A stretch of DNA of 64,000 nucleotides from a virus. Lineage: Duplodnaviria; Heunggongvirae; Uroviricota; Caudoviricetes. Numbering within the stretch: position 1 is the stretch's first letter; each line of letters opens with the position of its first letter. Shown here one piece after another: positions 63,944-64,000 of the stretch. Position numbers and translations under genes: made by a program. Below the pieces are notes generated by a model. The model made no database searches and was not told the origin of the DNA. It worked only from the letters and a program-made list of their open reading frames with translations. The stretch lies in the IMG/VR virus record IMGVR_UViG_3300017917_003727; one strand, given 5' to 3'.

Positions 63944-64000
63944 TAACTTGGGAGGTCACTGACCTCCCATAAGCCAAAAAAAAATAAACTAAAAATTAAA

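Noticed and set aside
63950-63990. Palindrome GGGAGGTCA-c-TGACCTCCC after the T9SS gene as a terminator
   Set aside because: It forms a strong hairpin but is followed by an A-run rather than a T-run on the plus strand. It could serve a minus-strand gene beyond the window, so it is not called.
1-64000. CRISPR arrays, integrase/transposase genes, IS elements
   Set aside because: No regularly spaced direct repeats. No tyrosine or serine recombinase, DDE transposase or HNH/GIY-YIG homing-endonuclease motifs were seen in any frame of this window.

Overview
AT-rich (~33% GC), densely packed, mostly one-strand-coded window that reads as part of a large bacteriophage genome, probably infecting a Bacteroidetes/Flavobacteriia host. 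Host inference rests on promoters of the TTG-N17-TAnnTTTG type, no Shine-Dalgarno use, and T9SS-sorted and TonB-receptor-like cargo. The left ~49 kb carries replication/recombination and early/middle genes: RuvC-like resolvase, zinc-finger/TOPRIM primase, PD-(D/E)XK nuclease, SbcD/SbcC (gp47/gp46-like), phage sigma-70 factor, DnaJ, thioredoxin plus glutaredoxin, two DNA methyltransferases, guanylate-kinase-like, HAD phosphatase, DHH phosphoesterase, NUDIX, DGQHR/ParB-like protein, Rnl5-like RNA ligase, and a putative lysis cluster. The right ~14 kb is a run of moron-like cassettes bracketed by four near-identical terminator hairpins: YceI, TonB-dependent-receptor-like protein, lipoprotein, AsnA/class-II-aaRS-like ligase, methylglyoxal synthase, SPFH lipoprotein, PaaA-like di-iron protein plus IscA, secreted HExxH protein and a T9SS-CTD protein. 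The most striking unexplained feature is a ~950-nt ORF-free, GC-enriched (~50% versus 33%) region at 39030-39977 with its own consensus promoter and intrinsic terminator, a candidate large structured ncRNA, plus a smaller sRNA-like unit at 2612-2736. Also notable: nine copies of a leaderless-gene promoter module (TTGnnn-17-TAACTTTG-4nt-ATG), a three-member paralogous 'TKWC' domain family fused to different C-terminal modules, and several auxiliary metabolic genes (GS-II-like, MgsA, AsnA-like).
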